DNA from: Phoronis australis
Taxonomy: Eukaryota > Animalia > Phoronida
Length of the DNA: 64,000 nucleotides
NCBI GenBank assembly: GCA_002633005.1
Contig: NMRA01000151.1
Span: 724,400 to 788,399, forward strand
Direction of reading: 5' to 3'
A program made the position numbers and the translations under genes. Each line of letters starts with the position of its first letter. The stretch's first letter is position 1. Below are positions 39,695 through 53,006 of the stretch, piece by piece. The notes beneath the pieces are model-generated. The model was given only the letters and a program-made list of their open reading frames with translations, did not search any database and was not told where the DNA came from.

Positions 39695-42600
39695 TATTGG
39701 TAAAAAAATGATAATTACAGGGTACATGTTCGTGTTGGAAGGATTTAAATATTCCAATTACTTCCATAGGTGTCCATCTAAATTCATCTTCTTCTTGGTT
39801 AAAGTGACACACTCTCTCCCAGAGTATAACTATTATGTCACTGTGTGACATTGAAGATCAACAAAGACGAGAGCAATTATAACAAGATTAAAAAGTAAAT
39901 GCATAGTTGACATCACTTCACCATGGGCAGCACAACAGGGGGGCTGAGAGTGCACTTTTTTCAGTGTTGCGTCGCCTATGATCAGTATTGTCCACGACCA
40001 GTTTTAACATGTCGCTTCAACAGGGTACAGTTCAGTAATGCTAGTACCTCACAACAAATCTAGCCAAAATCACGTGTTATGATTTAAAATACACGGCAAA
40101 ACATCTCACGTAATCTGGCAAAGACTCAGCGTTACTGAACTCAGGGCAGGATTGCGGGTGCTTCCATCAGGTTTGAGCAACCTGCAGCATACGGGCTTTT
40201 TATGCTCGTAACAAAGAATGCCTGCCAGGTCGAGTCCAGACGTATGTCTGATAGACAGACAACTTGGTGACAAAGAAGGGCTGTGTTCAGAGATTGGTTA
40301 ACATAGTTACATCGTTTACAGATAGGGCAGACAGTAAGGTAAGCCCCAGATGGAGGCACTCAACTATGACATGTTACGTCATAAAGACGGACAACTTGGT
40401 GACAAAGAAGGGCTGTAGCCTGGCAAGCTATTCCAATCCTCGATTGTTCCAGAAAAGAATGTCTTTTTCCAGTAATACGTCCTATTTATTGTAATGCTAT
40501 AATTGGATGATCTTATGGTACAGATGCCAGATAGTAAATTAACTCTACGAACCAATATTGGTTCCTAGATTAACTCACGAACGTTAACTTGGGTGGTCAA
40601 GTATTGATTGCGTATTACTATTATAGGCGGAAGAAGCTAGACAACTCAAAATGCTTTGTACACACCAAAATATAAGCGGCTAACCAAAAGTAGGAAAATC
40701 ATTCACATGACACTTGGTTTCCTCACCTCTGCGTTACGGCAACAAAGAGAGCACCACTGAACAACGTCTTACACAACACCTATTCAAACTATCGAAGACC
40801 AAAGTACTAGTTTTGTATCAAACATCCGGGATATTGAAGGTGCCCCCTGGTGTGTGCTTTGTGCATATTAGTTACTAAAATAATCAAAAGATGGTACCCC
40901 AAACAGCAAATTCGGTGAACGTTCACCGGTGCTCGGCAATGCAGAAAAGTTAATGCGTTGGATAACAACAATGACATCTCATGCACGCACCCAGGAGGGG
41001 GGGGGGGGCTCGGGCAGCCTCCCATTTGGCAAAGTGAAAAAAGGTCCGTCTCAGCTAAATAAAAAGTCCGAAATAGTAGAAAACGAGACAAAGTCCACTA
41101 AAGAGGCAACAACTACCAAAAAATCGGCGAACGCACAATTCATAGCTCTAAATATATCCCGTTTCTTTTTTAGTAAAAAGACCATAATCTTTTAGTAAAA
41201 AGACCATAATCTTTAATTAAAAGGGGTCCACATTTATTTTTTTATTTTTATTATTTTTTTTTTTTTTTTTTTAGTAAAAGGTCCNNNNNNNNNNNNNNNN
41301 NNNNNNNNNNNNNNNNNNNNNNNNNNNNNNNNNNNNNNNNNNNNNNNNNNNNNNNNNNNNNNNNNNNNNNNNNNNNNNNNNNNNNNNNNNNNNNNNNNNN
41401 NNNNNNNNNNNNNNNNNNNNNNNNNNNNNNNNNNNNNNNNNNNNNNNNNNNNNNNNNNNNNNNNNNNNNNNNNNNNNNNNNNNNNNNNNNNNNNNNNNNN
41501 NNNNNNNNNNNNNNNNNNNNNNNNNNNNNNNNNNNNNNNNNNNNNNNNNNNNNNNNNNNNNNNNNNNNNNNNNNNNNNNNNNNNNNNNNNNNNNNNNNNN
41601 NNNNNNNNNNNNNNNNNNNNAATTAAAAATAGACCAGAACCAATAACGCTATATTTTGTTTGGCTATGAACTGCACGACATCAGCACCAACTCAGTTGCG
41701 CAGTTTTATTGTTACCAACGCAAATCCACAGTAGACTACGCGTGCGATCCTGGTGGCTATAACTTTTCCATGACAGAACTAATTTCGAGCTTTAAAAACT
41801 CTCGTGCATGCATTAAATATGTTTGTATTTAAAATTATGAATACTTTTGCTGATTGTGGTGCCCGTATTTCAATTTGAAGGTCTGTCCAGAGCTCAGGAG
41901 GCGAGCTATAAAAATGCGCAGTGTAATTTCAACCAAACTTGAGCTCTGAACAGCTAAAAATCATAATGATATATAGAAGGTACACACACTGTCAGAAGTG
42001 CGTTTACCCACATCTTCGGTGAAGCTCAATGCATAGATGCCGACAATCGAAAACGAAAAGGCGGGAAATATCAATGGATCTAGAAGGCTATTTGCATAAA
42101 GGCAAATGTCCGCTGCAACACCTAAGATACTCCGGCACTTGTTTAGATGTGACTGGGAATGGGAGTGGGAAATAGAGGTAAATCATGTGAAAAAGCACGT
42201 GTAATGAAAGTGGGGCATTTGATGGTGTGGGATGCAGAAAAGAGCTTCAAAAATCAGACTGGTCCCGCCAAAAGGGGGACAATTGACAAGTATGCCTACC
42301 AATTAGGGTAGACGGGCACCCGCAATCTGAGAGCAATGGCAAATTAATGCTTATGCAGTTACGTAATTACAACCTTTATCATGCATATGTCAAATTAGCT
42401 AAAACCCCTGGATACCATCATGATATTCTTTAGTGCCAGAAATAATACCATTTGCAACATGTTTGGTGTGCAATTTTGTAGACAAACGAACATCATTCGT
42501 TCGTCGTTCTCTCAGTACCAGATCAAGTGTACAGACCGAGTACAAATCAAAAATATTTGTCGTAACGTTGGGACGAAATTACACTGGTTTTTACTGCAAG

Positions 42601-45011
42601 AAGATCACGATAATGCGATTGTCACGCCAAGAAACGGATTGTGTGGCTGTTGTAGAGTGACTTTTTGGGTGAAATTACATTGCACATGCTAACTGACATG
42701 GAGCAGTCATAATTAAGACGACATTTGTCTCAACTCACAGCATTGTTCATTCTTCCCATTATAACAAATTATACAATATTCCTTGCGTGTTTTTTGCGGG
42801 AAAATGGGCAAAACACCAGTGGATGACCATATTCTAGAATTCATGAAATGTTCAAGATAATTTATTGATGCTCAGAAGTGACACAATAAGAGTTCAAATA
42901 TCGTTCCAATTCATTCCCCTGATTATTCAGGTGCCCAATCACAATACGCGTGCTTTTAAAATAGAGGGTCATTATTTAGGACATCCTCAAAAACTACTCC
43001 TCCGTCTAACTAATAAAATGGGGTTAGTGCCGGGTCGAGATCCATCCTGCACAGACCCTTTAGATTGTGACGTCAGAGTGTGAGGCCCGGGAACCAGGTG
43101 GCTTCGACGTGCTCAGCAACACGGCCCAGCAAGGACAATTTGTGGCCACAGCAATTACGAACTTTTGAATACATTTTAAGGTGTTTACTCGTTTCGCCGG
43201 TTCAAGAAACTTACGAAATATAAGAAATAAACGATATTTCACGCAAGCACACAAGTCATCGGCATATTTTTGTCGATGACATCTCGACTGCGGGCCATTT
43301 TTTACTTCACTTGAGGTGTCATCATGGACTTGCGGAAAGCCGTGAGTTGCAGCTTAGTATTATGCCAACTTACGACGACCGCCAGCTCTACAGTAGGGGC
43401 CTAATATACTTTCAGTTGGAGTGCATTGCATGAAAAAAATGATGTGGGTTATCTTAGTCTCTCGTGGAAGTCGGTTTAATTGATGATTATTTTCCGAAGA
43501 GGTAAGTTTCGCGGCATGGCATAAAGAGTTTAAGTGCATCGTAAAGCATGTCCATGCGCGCACCCAGTCTAAATTATAGGGGGGGGGTGCTCGAATTTTT
43601 CGGTATGTGGACCTTTTACTGAAAAAAAGTCAGCGAGGACTACAGAACGGGGCCACAAGGTTCAGGGCTATGGATTGCGCATCCGCGCCGAATTCCTGTG
43701 GGCTTTGTGGACCTTTGTCTCCTTTACTCGGACTTTTTGTTTCGCCGACGCGCACATTTTTGCCCAATTCGCGCCCATTGTGTCTATGGACTCGGTGCAT
43801 GAGGAGGAATTCGCCTACTTGTTGCTTGTTTGGTGTAGACGTTTTCATCAAGTGCAAGTGAAGACAGGTTACCCGATGTAAAGTAACGACTCATAATGGC
43901 TACTCTTTGCACCGAGATTTACAACTGTTACAACCAAATTTCCTGGTTTTAGTCACCACAGACCAGTATATATAATTTGATTCATGTATAATATGTTCTA
44001 ACTTATACAACTGGTCTGCCTATTGTTATTGGGTTACTAAACTTCACAGAAGTTAAACTAAACTGCTCTCACCAAGAGTTATAACCTTTGTACTGGATTT
44101 AAATGTTGCAACCTTTTTTATGAACAGTGCATTACAGATACATCACGTGTGTATATTTATGTTATTGATTTTTGTCGGCTACATCAAAGCACAGCGTACT
44201 GAATGAGTTCGTCGAGAGATCAAACCGCGAGAACAGTCCAATCCCAGCAGTTTAACAGTACTTAATCCACATCACTCTCAGCTGGTCCATACCAGGGGGA
44301 TGCAACAGATAGGTAACCGGTTAAAGATGCCTAAAAATTTTCAAACTAGCATCAGAATTTTCAAAGCATAAAGCAGCTAATAGGAACAGTTGTTTGAAAA
44401 GAAAGCCAGGTATAAAGTGAAATCGCTAGCACGAAACTTAACTCGAACTGAATTCTGCACAGCTTAAGTGACTATAATGAACTCGTCTGAAACTGTCAAT
44501 CAGGAAAAGTGCGCTTACTAACTCCGCCTCTTGAACTCGACTACAATTGCACTATATTTGGAAGAATGGGAAGTGGAGACTTTTGGTCGTAAAACTTTAG
44601 TAAGTTTTATCTAGAGTTTGTCCGATTCTGTGGTCCCTTGATCCGGATTACGACCATGTTGGCCACATTTTCGTGTAGTTAGAAAGATGGGAAAGTATCA
44701 GAGTAAACAAGGTGAGTTGTGTTGAGTTTTACCACCCTTTCTAACTCTTCTGATGTGAAGTCCATTATTACGTAGGTCTACAGTGATGGGTGATCTCGGT
44801 AGGCCCCTAGCGTGTTGTTTACAACATTCGCCCTTCTAGACCGAGGGTCGTATTAATAATGTGCGGTACATGAGAATTTTGCATTGTTATTAGTTTCCAT
44901 GCTAGACGTAAGCATCCCAGATTCAGAAAAGCACAAATTATGGGGTGCATTCGTATCGTGAGTGGGTTGAAACGTGAAAAGCCGTAAACATGTGCTGGGA
45001 GCACGTATGAG

Positions 45012-45111
45012 CCACAGGCGTCCTCAGCTTCTGATCGTCCCCAATACACTGTAATTTAGTATATTATAATATAGTGTATTGGGGACGATCAGAAGCTGAG
45101 GACGCCTGTGG
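45012..45111. repeat. Perfect 39-bp inverted repeat with a 22-nt AT-rich loop
   Basis: 45012-45050 is the exact reverse complement of 45073-45111. Confidence 0.95.
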
Positions 45112-46168
45112 TATGATTTAGGGCTCTTAGGAATAAGTTTCACCAGTATCACGCTGACTGATTGCGGTGCTGGGTTATTGTTTACAATATGACAACATTG
45201 GCCTATGCCGCCTATGCATATGATTTTGGTATCGTTTGATTTCTCGCATCGTTTATCCTTCCAAATATACACCAAAGCGTCTCCTACCCGTGCGCTTAGT
45301 TATATTTTATTGTCAAATTTCTACTTGCACTATTTCCCAGTAGTGCAGACAATGGCGCAGCCAGCCACAGACGATGGAGCTTCTGTTATCAAACTTTTTC
45401 TTCAAGCAGTCCCTCGTTCAGTTCCTAAAATCGGTAACTCACCATTTTCACACTGTGCATGCTAGTGGATACATACGTCGTGCCACCTGCCGGTGTGTTA
45501 AAAATGGCGAGTTACCAGTTTTAGGAACTGAATGAGGTACTGCTCGATGAAAAAGTTTGATAACGGGAGTATTCGTTCAAGTCGGAAGGAATTAAACATT
45601 GAAGGCATCCCTCTCTGCGCAAAAGGTATTCGTAACAATGTGACTTTTGATGTTTTAGTCAGTGCCAGGCATGATTCGCCAAAAAGCTTTCGTTTCTACT
45701 GGCTACGCCAGCAGAGATGATGGTCATTGTCTACTGGTAGTGATGCTGCAATGTTTAATCGCTGTAATCTTGAGTCATCTGGTAGCCAAAATGTGATATA
45801 ATCTACCAACACCCACATACTAGTTCTACAGAGAGTCGCTCTTATAAGTTCAAACTGACCAAGACCTGTTGACCTTGGCCCGAGCTATGATCCCACGGGC
45901 ACGAATTCCTGGTATGCATCCGCTAACAAGAAGCCACAAAAAAGGGGTTGTTTTCGAGGTCCAAATTGGTGAAAGGAATGTCACTACCGATAATTTTATA
46001 GAAAAGGGGTCAATTTTAAAAATTTGTGGAAAAGGGTGAAATGTTGTCCATTGTTAACTCCATGTTACCTCAGGAAAACGTTAGGGGGAATCTTGCGGCC
46101 TAACACCATTCAGAATCGATTATTTGGTTTCACATATTAGCAGCAGGTATCGCTGTAATCTTGAATTT

Positions 46169-46321
46169 TTTAGTAGATGTGCTTTTTGGTGAATCTTATG
46201 AGCCTCTGTTAGCCACTCGTTAATGGGCAATTATACATTAGCTGAATGGTTAACACTCTCGCCGGTTTTGTGGGGGTCGCTGGTTCGATTCCCGGGTCAG
46301 GTAATCTCAGCTATTACTACA
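46169..46321 (+). mobile_element. Solo LTR of the tRNA-LTR TRIM family
   Basis: Aligns along the whole 152-bp LTR (agatgtgc...gagcctctgttagc...tagctgaatggtt...ggttcgattccc...attactaca), with no PBS after it. Confidence 0.8.
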
Positions 46322-46495
46322 AGTTGAGCGAATATGACGGTCTCAACCAGGAAATTGTGCAGAAATTTGTGAGAAAATAAATTTGGTATGGGACATGTTC
46401 TTAAATATTGTTGGGATAACAACGATAAGTGGAATAGAACCATGCCCAAATCATGTGTGTAGGTCAGTGTTGTCACATTGTAAACAATTACCTGC

Positions 46496-46942
46496 TGTAG
46501 AAACTGCTGAAATTACTTGACCCATGAATCCAACCAAGGATCCGAACAAAACTGACTATTGTTTAACCATTCAGCTAATAGACAATTGCCTTTTAGCAAG
46601 TGGCTAACAGAGGCTCCTATGATTAACTGGGAAGCACATCTATAACATCCCCCCTTTCCTACAGAACAGGCGCACTTCCTGGCTGCAGTTTTCTGCAACA
46701 CCCTAGCGTCCTGGAATTTACCCTTAGCAACACTTCCTTGTGTCCTGGAATTTGCCCTCAACAAAGCCCTCCGTTGTTCTGGATCTGCACCAATTCATGC
46801 TCTGTCCGAGGTCCTCAGACCTCTGAGTTGGCAGTGTTTCTTTGCCTCCTCAGTATATCATCCATTCGCCAACTACGCCAGTTGTAGTAATAGTCGAGAT
46901 TACCCGACCCAGGAATCGAACCTGTGACCCCGATAAAGCTGG
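46496..46942 (-). mobile_element. Independent, diverged TRIM copy on the minus strand: partial 5' LTR ~46883-46942, PBS 46867-46880, PPT, 3' LTR 46496-46647
   Basis: Reverse complement reads actaca-ac-TGGCGTAGTTGGCG...aggaaaggggga-TGTTATAGATGTGC...ctaca; 3' LTR is again 152 bp. Confidence 0.85.
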
Positions 46943-47719
46943 GAAAAATTTACTTGTATGTTAGACTTTTTGGACTCAGTTGACATTGACTTCACAAGTA
47001 TTGAGTACAATATTTTCGCATGCTGTTTCAAACACACCTTTATCAAAGTCATTGACAAAACAAATGGTTTATGTGATATGTTTGTAATTAAGTCCACTGC
47101 CACCTTTTAAAAATAAAAAGATGAACAAACAGTTATTTGTTTGCACTACTGTGCATTACTGTTGAAGTGCTTGTGTAAAAATAAAGTGTACACTAATCTG
47201 CGGAGAACGTTGACAGTCGCGCATATTCCCGGCATGTTTCTTGCAGTTTTTACGCGACCTGTTTAGATTTTCAGATGTGGAGAACACTGGTTACCTCTTC
47301 CATTTATCACCATTCACTGGGTATATTACGGTGTGCATTACCCTTACATGGGACATCGCCACTTAAGATTGTCCAAGGGTGCCATTTTTTCTCTTATCCA
47401 ACAGGGGTCCCCATGTCTACCCACTTAAACAGTTATTCACATATATTTATGAGTTATATTTTAGTTTGCTCACCCCATCTCAGTGTAGTTGAATTCCTCT
47501 TACAGAGAACGCAGGCAATCGGAAACACTGGAGGCACATATTTCATGGTCCGATTGTTGTAATTTGGGCTTGTGTTTGATATCTGCTGACTGCTGAGTGT
47601 GGCGTATACACGTATTTCCTGAAATAAACGGAATAACTATGAACCAAAAGTAATGGAATCTATAAAAAAAATTTGAAATTTGCAAGCCATCACAAATTTT
47701 TAGGCTACTTTCGGTGAAT

Positions 47720-47973
47720 TACCGTAAACTCGGGTAATCGCCCATCCCCGACTTTTTGTCAATTTTCAGCTTAAGCGCCCACTGCTTGAGTAATTGCCCA
47801 TCCCCTACTTTGTGCAAATTTCCATGTAAGCGCCCACCTCTGGGGTAATCGCCCATCCCCGGCTTTTTCCAAATTTTCTGTCTAAGTGCCCACTGATTGG
47901 GTAATCACACACCGCCCTGTTTCAGGGTTTTTCAATTTAAGCACCCAGGGCGTTAACTCGCGAGTTTACGGTA
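47720..47973. mobile_element. Tc1/mariner-like MITE with TA flanks and internal ~56-bp tandem repeats
   Basis: TA-ccgtaaactcg ... cgagtttacgg-TA; internal gggtaatcgcccatcccc repeated about 3.5 times. Confidence 0.75.
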
Positions 47974-50900
47974 TCATGTGACTAATACTCACTGTGGCTA
48001 CTTGAGATTTTTCTCAGGTCACCAAACACAATCTGAAGAGCTGCACTGTGTTCTTGGTTAACTTGTCGTGTGTGAGTCTTTGTCCCACATCATTGAGGAA
48101 GGGTAATTTGTTCCTGGGTTGTCTTGTCCCAGCACAAGTTGTTGTGCGGACTCAAACCTGCAGACAAGGTGGAAGGTTAACTACCCCCTGTGCTCACTTA
48201 CAGACACACGCTAATCCTGTTTGCACCATATTTGTCATAAGGTGTTGTGTGCATAGTGTGGACACCTCAGCTGAATGGGGGCAAGTTGCTCCAGGGCTAG
48301 CTGTTCTTGGGTAACTCATGTTGTGGACTTGTCATATATATAAGAAAGGGACTGATGCTCTAGCATTTCCCTCTTAATTAGAATTTGGATGACTTCGGTA
48401 GAAGTAAACCTTGCTAGTGACATGCTCATTGATTTGGCAACATGTTGGCATCGCTATCTGTATTGTGACATAGCTTTGTGACTCCCTACTGCTGTATGGG
48501 TTGGCTTCTCTGTGATAGAAAATGTGATTAAACGTGACTGAATTTTGTGGATTTGTGCGTGTTATCTTGATCAAATTGTCTTCAAAATCTGGTTCACTTA
48601 TGGAAGTCAGATAGGCATTATCATTCATTCAAGTGAATTGCGAAATGTAAAAAACCTAAGTTTCCAGAGGTTTGGTGATCAACTCAACCCCTATGTGAGG
48701 GTGATTCTATGGCCTCATCCCTGAGTAGCTAGCGATCAATATGGGTGACATGCAAGTAGAGCCATAAGAAGCTGGCGTGACTTGCCAGAATTATCATGGA
48801 GATGGAGTGCAATGTCGTGTTCTTACATGTATGACATTTGAGGATCCATATCCTTAGCCTGTCTTCTGTGCATAACTGTTATTTGGGATTTACTTGCGTA
48901 TACCAATCACCATTGACCAATGCAGCTAAAAAGACACTCTAGGTGAGTTCGCTGGCCGGCAAGCGAAAGTGGTCCAATGTCTTATTCTTGGACATTAGTC
49001 TCATTGTAACAAGGAATTAAGCATATTCCTGAATCATCATCATTTGAAGCAATCCTGTTTCTATTCTAATTCCTAAAGGGGAGGCTAAAATTTAAGAGTT
49101 GTGTATTGCATTCAAATGTACATGCAGCTGCTCTGTAGTCATATAGACCAGTTGTTGAAAATGACGTTGCCAACCACAGCCATTCCTTAGAACTGTCCTG
49201 CCAGTTTATTTTTTGAAAGCATCTCCTTTCGCAAGTTTTGAGAACCGAAGTTTACTTCATTCTAGACAGGCATGGCGGGGTCACATGATACTGTTCGAGT
49301 GACCTATCTTTCCACACACTTGCTACGCCAGAGTCACTACAAACATAACAGTGCTAACAAACCACTATGGAGTGCAATGCCCACAGTCCGTAGTCTATGT
49401 AAATGTTTTTTGTTTTTTGACGCTTGCGAATTTTAATTTTTGAAAATAAAACAGTCATCACGGCACATTTTTAAGCTTAATAGTTAATGAGAGCGTACCA
49501 GCCAGCAGAATTATTTGACCAAAATACTCATTGATTTCTATCCCCGTAATTTGGAATCTTCATGTCACTGTACTGGAATTCAATTGGAATTTTTAATGCT
49601 GGTCAGTTAACCTGGTGAATGTTGTGGTGAATGTGGTTCAGTTGTGGTGGCTTATTCATTTTGGTTTTCTCTAATTGAACATTGTCAGAATATGAATGAA
49701 GAGTACTTAGATGAATGTCTGTGCTGATCTCGCACACCCTCAGCCACACTCAGTGCATAGCCAGAGATACAATATGGGTGGGTGTGAAACAAAGATCATG
49801 GTTGTGTGATGTCCTTTTTATTGGTAGTATTTCTGCTCAATTGTATGTAAATCAATCAGTTGAATAGTGAGCGACATCTGCACTAAATTGACTGTTCGGT
49901 GGTTCTGCTGGGTTTTTAAAACGCCGCTCTGGAGGTCCGATTGCTTAATTAAATTCTGGTCCCCGAAGAAAATCGCCCGTCATTTTAACCTGAGTTGACT
50001 TTCGTGGATGCAAATTGAAACAACGACTATGAAGTATGTTGGATGGTACACATTAAAGTGTAGTTCTATTTTCCACTCCTTTTTTCAATCGTTTCACTTG
50101 TAATTATGAGTTCACGTAAGTTACGGTCGTCACCAGTGGCAATGGTCGCCGAAGACATCATGTTGTTACTGTTTCAGCAGTGCATTGAAAATGGCTTCAT
50201 TGTTGAAACTTACACTAACCAGGTATAAAGTGCACAACATCTCAAAACTCTGCAAGAAATTTATTCTTCAAAATAATCATTATTCTCTCGTAATTTTAAG
50301 AGCCAAATCCTGGCCTTGTTCAAGCCAAAGCTCCACACCAGCATATTTGTGGCTAACCTATTTTTTCCACATGCGGCATGTCATTCAGTGCCAAGCATAT
50401 TATGTGTTTGGGGCTGACCTATTTTTTCCATGTACCGGAAGTGCCAAAGGAGCAACGTTGAATCGCCCAATAGTGGAATTGCGCACTAAGTCGAACTATT
50501 TTGACGGTTTCTGTTTCATGCAAAAATAGTTATTGAATTCGTAGCCAACATCAGACACAAAATTTTTTCTTGCGAAATTTGCACTGCATCATTCTCGCGC
50601 ATCAATACCTCATTCGGCCTATCCCTCGCGGAAGTTTTTTGACAGGAAGTTTTCCAATCGTAGTTAAAAAATTTGAATTGCGCGAATAAATGGAGCGCGT
50701 TTGCACTTAGATTTGTCTTGTTTGCATCTTTAATGACCTTGATGCCATCAGTAGAGTAGGTCAGTCCCAGAATTGTGACTATTGTTCAACATATATTTTC
50801 TACGTACTTAGCTACTAGTACTTAGCTACTCGAATACACATGTCGGTTATAGAGTGCAGATTTAACTTTCACTTTTACAACTAGCCTTACGGTTATACAG

Positions 50901-53006
50901 AACTTGGGGTCAGTGCACTTTAATTTCAAACATCTTGGTTGACCAGGTTGACTCTTTGTTTCAGCGGTTAATTATTTAAGGGAACAAATGCACAAAATTT
51001 GCAATATTTCATTGCCTCGCGCGTAAGTTTCGTTCAATGTAAGTGCTCAAATATTTTGCAAGTTCCAAGGACTAGCAGAGATGAAAAATTTCAGTCCCAC
51101 TTAAAAAATTCCTGTAAAATATCAGCATTTACCCCTAAACGGAAACTGCGATTTTTAATTAACATGTGAAAACACAACTGTCGAGTATAGTGACTAGGAA
51201 CTGTACTTTAGGTGACTTACTTTGCGCGGAGCGACTTGATTTTCAGGCTCAGTCGTCAAGCTATCATCGGGGCTTTTGAGGTCCAGGTATGTGCCTCGTC
51301 AAAGGTGTGTTCTAAAACGATCAGGATAGGTTCCGGACTGCGTTTCTGAAACCTGTCGCCAAATTACAGCTAATTTTAGCTAAACCATGAGTCATGTCGT
51401 TATAAAGGGAAGTTGGGCATACCTCCAAGAAACACATTTTGGGGATTGTTGGATGAAATAGATTTCTTCGAGTTACTGGCTTTGATCAGAGTTACAAAAC
51501 AACAAAATCCATTGGGTTTCTATGATTTTGTTATACCTGCCAATTGTTGCAGTTGTCTGCCAGACATTCGCTGAATACAAGGTCGATGACTTTGGCAGTT
51601 TAATACGATTAATGTACTCTGCCATTTATCGTGTGGGATTGAGCTCCACCTGCTGAGCATGATTTTGTGGCTGTAGGGGTTGCAGGTTTGATTCTGCACT
51701 GAGCTTCAGATATTATTTATGGAATGGCACAAAAAATGAACGGTCATTAGTCAGTTCACGGCCTCTGGAATGAGCAAAAATGTCCAGGTTGCCAACACGA
51801 ACCTCTCTTGCCCACGTCCATCTGAGGGGAAAGGCACCTGTGCCTTCTGATAGGCTGATAAAGGAAATTTTCCAATGACCCTCACAAACGCTCCCCTCAT
51901 CGCTTGTCAAAAAGTATAGTCTCTTACTGAGACTCTATGAGTTGAGTCTGATTCTAACGTACCTCCAGGGATTTTATTCTTTGGAGAGGATTTCCTGAGC
52001 TTGATGAAGCAAAATGTTCTTAGAAGGGAATGAGTCCGACTTATGGCCCCAGAATCCAATCATTAAGGGTCCTGGGGGATGGCTCATTTTTGCAGTGCCT
52101 GTTCTTTTGTGTAAAAGTAGTTTTGCCAGAGTCTGTTCTAAATGTCTTGATGGTTTATTACGTTCCATACTGGTTAAATACTTTCAAACTTAGTTATGAA
52201 GTTGGGGTTAAGTTAATAGTTAAAAGTTTCATGCGCAGTAGTTTTCAAAAAACGTGTTGAGAAATTTGACTGGCATCATTGACCTTGTCGCAAGAACGGA
52301 GTAGCATAGCAGATGTGAAGTAACACTGAATCACATCAAAACTAGCGGGAAATGGAAATTTTTGCTTCAAAACTTTGTTTTTGACAAGAAATATGAACGT
52401 TGGGTTAAACACAGTTGTGTAAAGCTCTGTTGAGCTGGTTAAAAAGAAAAAATCAAATCGTGCTTTTTACTCTCATAAAGTGGGTCTCGTAACGTCTTAC
52501 CGTGATAAAATTCCAAGTCTTTTGCCAACTAGAACATCGAAGCTATAAGTGACACGTGGAAATACACATCAATGACTAAAGATAACGTTTCAGAAATTAT
52601 TAGGGTTGGCCAGCTCTAAACTTGCTGACGCATGTACACATTGCATAGAAACCATGAGCAACTCAACACTAACCATCGACTCGAGAAAGCGCTTCAGAGT
52701 TTATTGGTGTTGCCCAACCCTAAAACTGCAGATCCATGTGTGCATTGCCCATGCCTTGGTGATGGAAATGGAAACCTGTCACCGTAAGGGACCAATTCTA
52801 TATAAGTTAAAAACCTTCATTTCGTTTTCATTGTTTAACCAGCTGGACAGGGCGAGATGCAGCTCTGTGATACCTTTTCTGTGCGTTTTCTTGTTACCTT
52901 GATGTGCATCCACGTTTATCTTCTAATGTTAACATTATGTTTGTTACCGTCATACTAACATGCTACATTTATTATTTTATTTTAATTTTATGTTTTCCCG
53001 CTCCAG

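Larger units (their letters stand above)
34836..39954. repeat. ~5 kb duplicated segment, copy B (probable haplotype 2)
   Basis: Collinear with 29066-34011. Confidence 0.9.
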
